From Candidatus Pacearchaeota archaeon (GTDB taxonomy: Archaea > Nanobdellota > Nanobdellia > Pacearchaeales > GW2011-AR1): DNA of 64,000 bases. Each line of letters begins with the position of its first letter. The first letter of the stretch is position 1. Location: the NCBI GenBank assembly GCA_041649045.1, contig JBAZNV010000003.1, positions 24,515 through 88,514 of the forward strand. Reading direction: 5' to 3'. Positions 26,421 through 35,115 of this stretch are shown piece by piece. The notes under the pieces were generated by a model. That model did no database searches and was not told the DNA's origin. It worked only from the letters and a program-made list of their open reading frames with translations. Both the position numbers and the translations under genes were made by a program.

Positions 26421-27344
26421 TTATCTTATATTAACACTTTCAATCTTGCACGAATTTTTCTCAATCGATTTTTTTGCTTCTTCCCATGTTAATATTTTAT
26501 TAGTAGAACCCTTATACTTGATGACCGATTCCGAATTGGCAACACCGATTCTGATCGACTTTTCAATATCATTTGTTTTTATATATGCTCCAACAAAACC
26601 GGAAGCGAATGCATCACCTGCGCCAGTTCTTTCCACAGGCTTAACGTCTTTATTCGGGTATATTTTATATCTTACGCTTTTTGTATAACAATAAAAAGGG
26701 TTTTTACCGTCGGTTACAATCACAATTTTTGGCCCCATTTCGATAATCTGGCTATTTATTTTATCAAGACGGTCTGCCTCCTCTTTATTTAAAATGATTA
26801 TATCACATCTTTTTACAATTTTTTTCACATTAACTTTGTCGAACAAATACAGGCTCGGATTGTACGCAATTTTATATTTTCCAGATTCCGCAATTTTTAG
26901 CTGACTTTTGAAACTCTCTCCGTTCATTGCAGAAAAATAAAACCATTCGCTGTTAAAATTTATATTTTTTACTTTAAATTTATCATTCCCTCCCTTAAAG
27001 GTTAATATTGTACGGTCATGTTCTTTGCTGTCAAGAACTACAGAATATCCAGCACTACCCCTTCTTTCTCCCATAAATTCCACTTTTTCTTTTTTTATTT
27101 TGTCCAAAATTTTTTGCGACAAGCCCCCTTCCCCGATATCCCCCAAAAACCCAGTTTTAAAGCCAAATCTCGAAAACGTTGTTGATGTATTTACTCCACC
27201 ACCCCCGACGTCAAAATCCATTTCGTTTATCTGTATCTTGCTTCCGATTGGATAAGACAACTGCTTTTTCTTTTCATGAACATCAGTATAAACAAATATA
27301 TCAATTAGTCCCGACCCAAAACATATCACATCAAATTTTTTCAT
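26421..27344 (-). CDS. PfkB-family carbohydrate kinase (candidate 6-phosphofructokinase or other sugar kinase)
   Basis: 307 aa. N-terminal GGGGVN di-Gly region and C-terminal TGAGDAFASGFVGAY (PfkB signature 2). Assigning it to PFK rests on operon context only. Confidence 0.8.
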   Translation of the reverse strand: MKKFDVICFGSGLIDIFVYTDVHEKKKQLSYPIGSKIQINEMDFDVGGGGVNTSTTFSRFGFKTGFLGDIGEGGLSQKILDKIKKEKVEFMGERRGSAGYSVVLDSKEHDRTILTFKGGNDKFKVKNINFNSEWFYFSAMNGESFKSQLKIAESGKYKIAYNPSLYLFDKVNVKKIVKRCDIIILNKEEADRLDKINSQIIEMGPKIVIVTDGKNPFYCYTKSVRYKIYPNKDVKPVERTGAGDAFASGFVGAYIKTNDIEKSIRIGVANSESVIKYKGSTNKILTWEEAKKSIEKNSCKIESVNIR

Positions 27345-28480
27345 TTTAAAACCTCTAACCCCGGAAGTTTTTCTCCTGCAACATAATTAGCCAAAGCACC
27401 ACCAGAAAGCGAAATATAATCGAATTTATTTTTATTTATTTTAGATTGTTTTATTGCAGTGGTTAAATGTCCTCCGCCGATAATCGAGAATGCCCCGCTG
27501 TTGCCGACTGCCCTTAAAATTTCAATCGTACCTTTTCTAAACTGTTTTTCTTCAACGAATCCCAAAGGACCTTTCATAAAAATTGCCTTGGCTTTTTTAA
27601 TTTCTTCCTTAAATAATTTTATTGTGTCGAATCCGATATCAAAAATCTCATAGCCATTTGGAAAATTCTCCGTAGAGATTTCTTTTCTCTTCCCCGACTT
27701 TTTTATTGCAAAATCAATTGGTAAAATTGGATAAATTTTTTTCAATTTATTTTTTAAGGCTTTAACAGATGTCGTATCTAAAAGCTTTTCATGTTTCCCA
27801 AATTTAAATCCTGAAGCAAGCATGCACAATTGTCCAAATTTGCCTCCCGCGATTATTTTTTTATTCCTTTGCAAAAAAAGCATATTTTCTTCAGCCTTTG
27901 AACCTCCGAGAATATAAAGAACATTTTTCATTTTAATTTTTTCGAGGGAGATGAGTTCTTTCTCCATATTCGGACCGATGCAGCTTTTCATTTTTTTCGG
28001 AAAGCATGTCACCGAGGCCTGTTCCCGATGACTGACAGAAAAGGCATCGTTTACATAAATATCAGCAAGCGAAGAAAGTATTTTTACATAATTAGAATTT
28101 ATTTCATTATTTTTTTCATCATCGAGAAAGCGCACATTATCCAGAAGCAATGCCTCACCCGGGTTCAGAGACCTAATTTTTTTTTGCGCCCTTTCCCCAT
28201 AAATATCATCGACAAAATCAATGCTTGTATACTTTTTTAATAATTTGGCATGTTGTTTTAAATTCGTAAAATCTTTATCTCCCTTTCTCCCCTGATGTGC
28301 AAGAACCACAACCTTCGCATTTAGTTTTTTCAATGAAAGAATAGATTTTGCAGATTGCCTAATCCTTTCGTTATTAATTATTCTTCCTTTCACGACAGGA
28401 GAATTTAAATCAACTCGAAGCAAGACGGTTTTCCCAGAAAAATTATAATTTTTCAAAGTTTTAAACATCACCATGCTCAT
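27341..28480 (-). CDS. pgk: phosphoglycerate kinase
   Basis: 379 aa. KTVLLRVDLNSPV, VVVLAHQGRKG and the C-terminal ISLSGGALANYVAGEKLPGLEVL. Confidence 0.88.
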   Translation of the reverse strand: MSMVMFKTLKNYNFSGKTVLLRVDLNSPVVKGRIINNERIRQSAKSILSLKKLNAKVVVLAHQGRKGDKDFTNLKQHAKLLKKYTSIDFVDDIYGERAQKKIRSLNPGEALLLDNVRFLDDEKNNEINSNYVKILSSLADIYVNDAFSVSHREQASVTCFPKKMKSCIGPNMEKELISLEKIKMKNVLYILGGSKAEENMLFLQRNKKIIAGGKFGQLCMLASGFKFGKHEKLLDTTSVKALKNKLKKIYPILPIDFAIKKSGKRKEISTENFPNGYEIFDIGFDTIKLFKEEIKKAKAIFMKGPLGFVEEKQFRKGTIEILRAVGNSGAFSIIGGGHLTTAIKQSKINKNKFDYISLSGGALANYVAGEKLPGLEVLK

Positions 28481-28512
28481 TATTATATGTATTTCTTTAT
28501 AAAGATTTAGAG

Positions 28513-29514
28513 CTAAAAACGATTTGTGTTTTTTATAATTTTTACAGCATCCACCAGCCTACAGGAATATCCCCACTCATTATCATACCATCCGACAACA
28601 TTTACCATATTGCCGATTACTTTTGTCATCAAAGAATCAAAAACGCATGAAGATGGATTGTGGATAATGTCCGTCGACACAATAGGATCGGAGCAATATT
28701 CTAATATCCCCCTCATCCCTTTCGCTGAAATCCTTTCAAATGCCTCATTAACCTCTTCCGCCGTGACCTTTTTATTCACAATGCATGTAAAATTACATAT
28801 GGAGCCATCGGCAACAGGAACCCTTAGTGCATAGCCATCAAGTTTTCCTTTTAGTTCTGGAATAATTTCTCCGACCATTTTTGCGGCGCCTGTCGAAGTC
28901 GGAACGATATTTATCGAGGCAGTTCTTCCCCTTCTGAAATCTTTGTGAGGAGAGTCCACAATTTTTTGGTCTGCCGTTATCGCATGTGTAGTAACCATAT
29001 AACCTCTCTCGATAGAAAAATTATCATTTATAACTTTGACAATCGGAGCAATGCAATTAGACGTGCACGAAGCCATCGAAATAATATTATGTTCCTTTTT
29101 TAAGTTTTCAGAATTTACTCCCGGGACAATAAAACAATCAGAATTTTTGCCAGGCGCCGTCAATAAAACTTTTTTCGCACCGGCATTTAAATGCATCTCA
29201 CACCCTTCTCTATCTGTAAAAACACCAGTGGACTCCACGACTAAATCAATTTTTAATTTTTTCCATGGGTACTTTGACGTGTCTTTTTCGTTTAAGAAAA
29301 GAATCTTTCTTCCGTTTATTATTAATGAATCTTTTGTAAAATTAATTCTATCTTTTCTTTTCCCGTGAATAGAGTCATATTTCAGCAAGTATGCCAAATT
29401 TTCGGAATCGGCCAAATCATTAATCGCCACAATATCTTTCAATATATTTGCTTCCAGGGCAGCTAAAAAAAACTGTCTTCCAATTCTTCCAAAACCATTT
29501 ATGGCGATTCTCAT
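28513..29514 (-). CDS. gap: type I (bacterial/eukaryotic-type) glyceraldehyde-3-phosphate dehydrogenase
   Basis: MRIAINGFGRIGR, active-site SCTSNCIAPIVKV and WYDNEWGYS are hallmarks of class I GAPDH, not the archaeal class II enzyme. Confidence 0.92.
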   Translation of the reverse strand: MRIAINGFGRIGRQFFLAALEANILKDIVAINDLADSENLAYLLKYDSIHGKRKDRINFTKDSLIINGRKILFLNEKDTSKYPWKKLKIDLVVESTGVFTDREGCEMHLNAGAKKVLLTAPGKNSDCFIVPGVNSENLKKEHNIISMASCTSNCIAPIVKVINDNFSIERGYMVTTHAITADQKIVDSPHKDFRRGRTASINIVPTSTGAAKMVGEIIPELKGKLDGYALRVPVADGSICNFTCIVNKKVTAEEVNEAFERISAKGMRGILEYCSDPIVSTDIIHNPSSCVFDSLMTKVIGNMVNVVGWYDNEWGYSCRLVDAVKIIKNTNRF

Positions 29515-31199
29515 AAATTATCCTCCTTCTTTTTAATTGCAAGACGGTAAGCCTTTAAATAGTTTTCAATTAAATACTTCCATGAGAATTTTTTCCCGAA
29601 ATTTTCGGCCATTATTTTATTTTTCATTTTTTCCAATTTTTTTAAGTTCAAATATTCGTGCATCTCGTCTCGAAGTTGATCAACAATCTCATCATCATTT
29701 TTATTTTTTCTATTGGCTATGATAATCCCGGTTTCTTTCTTCCCATCGATAAAATCGCCAAACCCCGATAAATCACTTGCAATGGCAGGAACCCCCAGCG
29801 ATATGCTCTCAAGAGGAGTATACCCCCATGGTTCATAAAAAGAAGGAAAAATTCCAAGATCAAAACCCTTTGTAAATTCATAATAATCAAGGTTCAAAAG
29901 CCCATCTCCTTCCTCCAGATATGCAGGATAATAAATTACTTTCACTTTGTCATCCTCTCTATTCCCCAAACCATTCTCTGCTAAAAACTTCATGATAGCA
30001 TCATCATGAATAAGTTCATGTGTCGCAAGTGGGGGATGTCCCCTTTTTTTAAAAACCCGTATGCTCCTGCTTACTTCATCAGAAAGGCTCATGTCGCTTT
30101 CCTTTTTGAACAAAACATAATTAATGATTTTTTTTCTAAGCAATCTGAAATTATCCGATATTTTTTCATTTATTCTTGAAAAAAGCAAGAAGTTTTTGAT
30201 AACGTCATCATTCACTCTTTTTGTGGCGGCAGGAATTAAGATGAAGGCTATGATATTTTTTTTGCTACCCTCCTCCTTTAATTTTTTATTCAATCTCCCA
30301 AGGGATTTTACGAAAACATCAATACCTTTTGACAAAATTTCGTATCTTCCGGAAATAAAATAAAAATCAGTATTTTTTATTTCCAAATAATAATAAGGAT
30401 AAAAGTAAGACTTTACAAAAAACTCTATTTTTTTTCTGCTTTTTGAAAAATCATATTTTCTTATATCAATCCCATTATAAACCAAAACCTCCGGTTTCCT
30501 GCCAAAAATTTTTTCAGCAGATTCAGAAATTAAATTGCTTACAGTAGTAAAAACATCACAATTTAATGCACTTTCTCTTTCTAACGAGTGCTTGTCGATA
30601 ATTCCTCTTTTGCTTGCCTCGTCTTCCGGATTGCCAGAAACATAAATTTTTTTTTCAGAAGCCATTGCCCTTTCAAGTACAGTTGCGTGCGTCGTGAAAA
30701 CTGTTGCGACATTGGAATTGAATTTTTTCAAATATAAAATCCCGGCGCCAGAAAGCCACTCATGAAATTGAGCAACTATTTTATCTCTTGTTTTTGAAAA
30801 TTCCCCAAGAAACATCCCGACGGCCCATGCCCATACCACAGGTTCATCAAATTCAAACCCGGACCTTATAGAATCTACTTTGAAATATTCCCATAAAACA
30901 GTTTTGATGTAATTTTTTTCTCGCATTAATTCTTTAAAGTCAATCAAGATAGCATAGGAGTCAATACTCCCCCATCTCCCATAATGAATTTTGATTTTTT
31001 TCTCCGTCAAACTTTCAAAAATTTTCCTAAACTCTTCTGGCGGCTCTTCTTCCGAAAAATCTTTATTATTAAAATACGGCCCTATGAAAAAATAATTTTT
31101 ACATATCTTCTTGGCATATTTAGACTTTGAACTAATGACCGTGTAAATTCCGCCGACTTTGTTGCATACTTCCCACGAAATTTCAAATAAATAATTCAT
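29511..31199 (-). CDS. GT3-family (eukaryote-type) glycogen synthase
   Basis: 562 aa. The N-terminal LFEISWEVCNKVGGIYTVISSKS closely matches the animal/fungal glycogen synthase N-terminus (FE..WEVANKVGGIYTV). Also HEWLSGAG and PSFYEPWGYTPLES. Confidence 0.85.
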   Translation of the reverse strand: MNYLFEISWEVCNKVGGIYTVISSKSKYAKKICKNYFFIGPYFNNKDFSEEEPPEEFRKIFESLTEKKIKIHYGRWGSIDSYAILIDFKELMREKNYIKTVLWEYFKVDSIRSGFEFDEPVVWAWAVGMFLGEFSKTRDKIVAQFHEWLSGAGILYLKKFNSNVATVFTTHATVLERAMASEKKIYVSGNPEDEASKRGIIDKHSLERESALNCDVFTTVSNLISESAEKIFGRKPEVLVYNGIDIRKYDFSKSRKKIEFFVKSYFYPYYYLEIKNTDFYFISGRYEILSKGIDVFVKSLGRLNKKLKEEGSKKNIIAFILIPAATKRVNDDVIKNFLLFSRINEKISDNFRLLRKKIINYVLFKKESDMSLSDEVSRSIRVFKKRGHPPLATHELIHDDAIMKFLAENGLGNREDDKVKVIYYPAYLEEGDGLLNLDYYEFTKGFDLGIFPSFYEPWGYTPLESISLGVPAIASDLSGFGDFIDGKKETGIIIANRKNKNDDEIVDQLRDEMHEYLNLKKLEKMKNKIMAENFGKKFSWKYLIENYLKAYRLAIKKKEDNL

Positions 31200-31948
31200 T
31201 TCCCAGGTTCCCCTGCGTCATCCATTAATTCTGAAGTTTCATCTTTGGTTAAATTATTATCTACAAGGTATTCTGCGAGTTTCAGATATCTTTTGGAATT
31301 TTTATTTCTTGGAAAAGAATGGGTTACGGGCATGAATTTAGAAAAGGACTTCATTATTTTATTGTTGTCTCTTATCTCAGCTATTACAGGCAATCTCGTA
31401 GCATTTTCGATATCTTTTCTGCTTAATTCATGTCTCTTTTTTTTGTACTTGTTGAGCAGGACCCCGCCTACAGCGATGTTTTTACTTCTCATGAATTCGG
31501 CGGATCTTAATGTGGTTACAAGAGTAGGGTAATCAGGGGTCGTTATAAAAATTACTTCATCAACCGCGGCCAGAATAGCAAAAATTTCACGCGTGTAACT
31601 TGGCCCCGAATCCAAGATAATAAAATCATATTTCTTTTTTAACTCGTCTATTTTTGTTTTAAAAATTTTGCAATCCATGTCTCTGCAAAAATTACACGGC
31701 ATAATATGTATTCCTGTTTCATGTTCATAAATTGCATCTTCAGGGAGCATATCGTATTTTATTATTTCTCTTAGGGTCACATCTGGGTCCAATAGTCCGA
31801 GATAAATATGAAGCGTAGGCGATAAAAAGTTCACATCTACAACTAATACCTTCTCTCCTCTCTTAGACAACGCAGCAGCAATATTTATTGCAGATATTGT
31901 TTTACCAACACCACCTTTGAACGAAACAATTCCTATTACTTTTCCCAT
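31196..31948 (-). CDS. MinD/ParA-family P-loop ATPase
   Basis: 250 aa. Deviant Walker A SFKGGVGKT with the signature Lys, and Walker B DFIILDSGP. The C-terminus is acidic (DETSELMDDAGEPGK) rather than an amphipathic membrane-targeting helix. 4-nt overlap with the GT3 synthase start. Confidence 0.85.
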   Translation of the reverse strand: MGKVIGIVSFKGGVGKTISAINIAAALSKRGEKVLVVDVNFLSPTLHIYLGLLDPDVTLREIIKYDMLPEDAIYEHETGIHIMPCNFCRDMDCKIFKTKIDELKKKYDFIILDSGPSYTREIFAILAAVDEVIFITTPDYPTLVTTLRSAEFMRSKNIAVGGVLLNKYKKKRHELSRKDIENATRLPVIAEIRDNNKIMKSFSKFMPVTHSFPRNKNSKRYLKLAEYLVDNNLTKDETSELMDDAGEPGK

Positions 31949-31950
31949 GA

Positions 31951-32310
31951 CTATGAATTTTTCAAAAGATTAAGGATGTTCGACTTTTTTTTGGGAAATT
32001 TTATTCGCTTCATTTTGTCAGAAAAATCTTCCTGTTTTTCAGTCTTTCTCCTTTCTCTTTCAAGATGAATCCTAATTGCCCTTGTCATTTTTTTCCTATC
32101 CATGCCCCTTATTGCTTTTGCCAAATTCTCATTTCCATAAACATCCTTTATCCAATTACTGAAATCATTTTTTTCAGCATTAACATGATGATCAAATATC
32201 CACGAGTCAACCATATCCAAAATTTCTGCCAACTCTCTCAAGCTTTTCACAACTCTCCCATCCGCTAAATAGAAATAAAATTCTGGACTTACTTCTTGAT
32301 TTATATCCAT
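31951..32310 (-). CDS. small conserved-looking protein with basic C-terminal tail, function unknown
   Basis: 119 aa. N-terminal ~60 aa domain (EFYFYLADGRVVKSL.EL...DHHVNAEKNDFSNWI), then a Lys/Arg-rich tail (RERRKTEKQ...KRIKFPKKKS). Ends 2 nt before the MinD/ParA start. A paralogue lies immediately upstream. Confidence 0.6.
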   Translation of the reverse strand: MDINQEVSPEFYFYLADGRVVKSLRELAEILDMVDSWIFDHHVNAEKNDFSNWIKDVYGNENLAKAIRGMDRKKMTRAIRIHLERERRKTEKQEDFSDKMKRIKFPKKKSNILNLLKNS

Positions 32311-32320
32311 TTTATCACCT
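32243..32320. repeat. 78-bp perfect direct repeat, copy 1
   Basis: CTTTTCACAACTCTCCCATCCGCTAAATAGAAATAAAATTCTGGACTTACTTCTTGATTTATATCCATTTTATCACCT is identical to 32450-32527. It covers the first ~22 codons plus 10 nt of leader of the small ORF. Confidence 0.95.
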
Positions 32321-32334
32321 CCTTTTTTAATTTC

Positions 32335-32517
32335 TTATTTTGAGCAGATAAACTCTATCCACTTTATGAAATCATTTTTTTGGGCATTTACATGCGAATT
32401 ATAAACCCATTCATCCATCGTTTTTAGAGTCGAAATTAATTCAGGAACACTTTTCACAACTCTCCCATCCGCTAAATAGAAATAAAATTCTGGACTTACT
32501 TCTTGATTTATATCCAT
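32335..32517 (-). CDS. short paralogue of the preceding small protein (domain only, no basic tail)
   Basis: 60 aa. The first 23 residues are identical to ORF 31951-32310 and the rest is diverged but alignable (SHVNAQKNDFIKWI). Confidence 0.5.
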   Translation of the reverse strand: MDINQEVSPEFYFYLADGRVVKSVPELISTLKTMDEWVYNSHVNAQKNDFIKWIEFICSK

Positions 32518-32527
32518 TTTATCACCT
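32450..32527. repeat. 78-bp perfect direct repeat, copy 2
   Basis: Identical to 32243-32320, with a period of 207 bp. Confidence 0.95.
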
Positions 32528-32590
32528 TATTTCATAGAGGCAATCTTATTTATAAATCTGATGTCTTTAACATCTATCAATAAGATTCCG

Positions 32591-33799
32591 CTAAGCTTCC
32601 TTTACCTCCTTTTTATCTAATCTAAGTTTTATGTCTTCAAGAATATTCATGAAATTCATGAAAGCATCATACGGACTGTCATATGGGCTAAAATATTTAT
32701 GAACATCCCCGTCATTAAACCATTTGGTGCACATGTAATAAAAATGATCGGAAGTGGTCAATTTTTTCCAATCGCTGATTATTTTATAATCTTCGGATTC
32801 TAAAACTTTTTTTTCAATTTCATATAAACTATTTATTGCAGAATTTTGCATCGGGTTTCCTGTCCATGCACTAATATCTCGTTCGATATCGGCCCATGAA
32901 ATGGGATGATGAACATCAATTTCCCCAACAGGTTCATATTTTTCAATCAGTTCAGATGGAGTTTTAAAATTATTATCAGGATGTTTTAATATTTCTTCTG
33001 GCAATTTTTTCATGAACTCAAATATCCCGGTATCTTCCCATTGGTGCTCTCCGAAAGTTTCATAGTCCATAAAAAGATTGACATTCGTTCCATTCCCGTT
33101 GATAGCATTAACCCATTGTGCAAATTTCTCTGCCTTTAGAGGCCACTCTTTCCATTCTCTGGAAGAAAATCTAAAAGCAATGTCGTCGCTAAGTTTGTAA
33201 TTTTTCATTAATAATTTTATTTTTTTCGCACCAATGGGAAGATAAACAAAATTCGGACTCCTCCATCCAAGAATATGATCAGCCCCCTCAGTTATTATTC
33301 CCTTGAACCCTTGCTGCTCAATGATTTTTGCAATCTCATTATTATAAATTAATTCGGTATTTCGGAAAACTTTCGGCGTATAATCAAAAATCTTTTTAAT
33401 TTTTCTTTTGTGCTCATTTATCTGTCTCAAAAACTCTTCTTTAGAGTAAAGTGAAGAAATGGAATGATAATAAGTTTCAGATAAAATTTCAGCTCTCCCC
33501 GTTTTTATGACCTCTTTGAACAACTCAAGGACCCCCTTGTCATAATTTTCTAATTGTTCAAGAACAGTTCCGGAAAAAGAAAAACAAACTTTAAATCCAG
33601 GATATCGTCGCAATAATTCTAAAATCATTTTTGTCGCAGGAATATAACATTTGTCAGAAACTTTTCTTAAAATCTGTTTGTTTTTTTCTTCGTCAAAATA
33701 ATCACTATTTTTCCCGATATCAAAAATTCTATAATGCTTCATTCGATGAGGCTGATGCACCTGGAAATAAAAACAAATAGAGACCATTACCCGATACAC
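32591..33799 (-). CDS. glycoside hydrolase family 57 (alpha-amylase / alpha-glucan-active)
   Basis: 402 aa. N-terminal CFYFQVHQPHR and YETFGEHQWE are typical of GH57. The start may instead be the ATG at 33787, which overlaps the upstream stop as TAATG. Confidence 0.82.
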   Translation of the reverse strand: MYRVMVSICFYFQVHQPHRMKHYRIFDIGKNSDYFDEEKNKQILRKVSDKCYIPATKMILELLRRYPGFKVCFSFSGTVLEQLENYDKGVLELFKEVIKTGRAEILSETYYHSISSLYSKEEFLRQINEHKRKIKKIFDYTPKVFRNTELIYNNEIAKIIEQQGFKGIITEGADHILGWRSPNFVYLPIGAKKIKLLMKNYKLSDDIAFRFSSREWKEWPLKAEKFAQWVNAINGNGTNVNLFMDYETFGEHQWEDTGIFEFMKKLPEEILKHPDNNFKTPSELIEKYEPVGEIDVHHPISWADIERDISAWTGNPMQNSAINSLYEIEKKVLESEDYKIISDWKKLTTSDHFYYMCTKWFNDGDVHKYFSPYDSPYDAFMNFMNILEDIKLRLDKKEVKEA

Positions 33800-34968
33800 C
33801 TCTCATAAGCGTTGATGCATTTTGACGCAACTTCGTCCCAGTTAAATTTTTTGACTTCATTCAAAGAATTCACTTTCAGCGTTTCTTTTAGCCCTGGGTA
33901 TCTCAAAATCGAAACAATTTTGTTCGCCATTTCCTCGATATCCCAGAAATCTGTTTTCAATGCATGGACAACTACTTCCGCCACGCCGGATTGTTTCGAA
34001 ATTATTGTCGGGGTTCCATTCGCCATTGCCTCAAGAGGAGTTATCCCAAAAGGTTCGGAAACCGAAGGCATAACATAAACATCGGCCATTTTATACGCCA
34101 TTTCAATATCTTTCCCCCGAATAAAACCAGTAAAAAGGTACCTATCCAAAATACCCATTTGAGCGGCCTTGTCTATCATTATTTTTTTCATATCGCCGTC
34201 GCCCGCGACAACAAATTTCACATTAGGAATAAAATCGGAAACAATCTTAGACATATAAACAAAATAATCCGGTCCTTTTTGTAAAGTTATTCTCCCTAAA
34301 AACAAAACAATTTTTTTATTTTCTTTTAAAGGGAAACCATAATATTCGCTCCCAAATTCCTCAACGGCATTATGGACTACGAGAATTTTGTCAGAGCTTA
34401 TCCCATAATATTTCATTATTTTTTCTCTGGTAAAATTACTCACAGCGATAATTAAATCAGCCTTTTCCATTCCCCTTTTCTCAATTTCATAAACTACAGT
34501 GTTTACGCCATTTCCCCCGGTCCTGTCAAATTCGGTTGCATGAACATGTATAACCAAGGGCTTCCCCGATATTTTCTTCGCAATTATTCCCGCTTCATAA
34601 GTAAGCCAATCATGAGCATGAATTACATCAAAATCTTCGTTCCTGGCTATATCTTCAGCTTCAGCAGCATAACGCCTCACCTCTTCGATTAACGAATTAG
34701 AATACTTTTTCCCCGCACATTTTAATTCTTTCTCATAAGTTTCAGATGTGGCATACGGCTTTAATAAATAATCAACTTTTTTTATTTTCACATTTTTAAT
34801 ATTGTAATTCTTTACGACTTTCGCAAAATCTATTTCACACGGGAAAGGCAAGACAAGAGAAACGTTAATATTTTTTTTTGAGAGAGATTTAACTAACCCA
34901 TAGCAAGCTGTCCCCAGTCCTCCAGAATTAAAAGGCGGAAATTCCCATCCAAACATCAAAACTTTCAT
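33787..34968 (-). CDS. GT-B glycosyltransferase (GT4/GT5), putative alpha-glucan/glycogen synthase
   Basis: 393 aa. MKVLMFGWEFPPFNSGGLGTACYGL resembles the archaeal glycogen-synthase N-terminus. Also IHAHDW and C-terminal PSVSEPFGITPLEAMANGTP (E-x7-E region). Confidence 0.75.
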   Translation of the reverse strand: MKVLMFGWEFPPFNSGGLGTACYGLVKSLSKKNINVSLVLPFPCEIDFAKVVKNYNIKNVKIKKVDYLLKPYATSETYEKELKCAGKKYSNSLIEEVRRYAAEAEDIARNEDFDVIHAHDWLTYEAGIIAKKISGKPLVIHVHATEFDRTGGNGVNTVVYEIEKRGMEKADLIIAVSNFTREKIMKYYGISSDKILVVHNAVEEFGSEYYGFPLKENKKIVLFLGRITLQKGPDYFVYMSKIVSDFIPNVKFVVAGDGDMKKIMIDKAAQMGILDRYLFTGFIRGKDIEMAYKMADVYVMPSVSEPFGITPLEAMANGTPTIISKQSGVAEVVVHALKTDFWDIEEMANKIVSILRYPGLKETLKVNSLNEVKKFNWDEVASKCINAYERCIG

Positions 34969-35115
34969 TATACCTCTTTCATTGTATAGAAAACCTTCTT
35001 TCTTATATAAATGTTTTTAAAACCGGCGTTTTCTCGGGAATTTTTGAATTTCTGGTTGATTTTAATTCAAAATTTCAATCAATAATTTTATTAATCTATC
35101 TTTAGAGATTATTAA

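Noticed and set aside
32243-32527. The 78-bp repeats as a CRISPR array or IS termini.
   Set aside because: There are only two copies. They are direct and lie within coding 5-prime ends of paralogous ORFs. There are no spacer-like unique units of CRISPR size, and no cas or transposase genes nearby.
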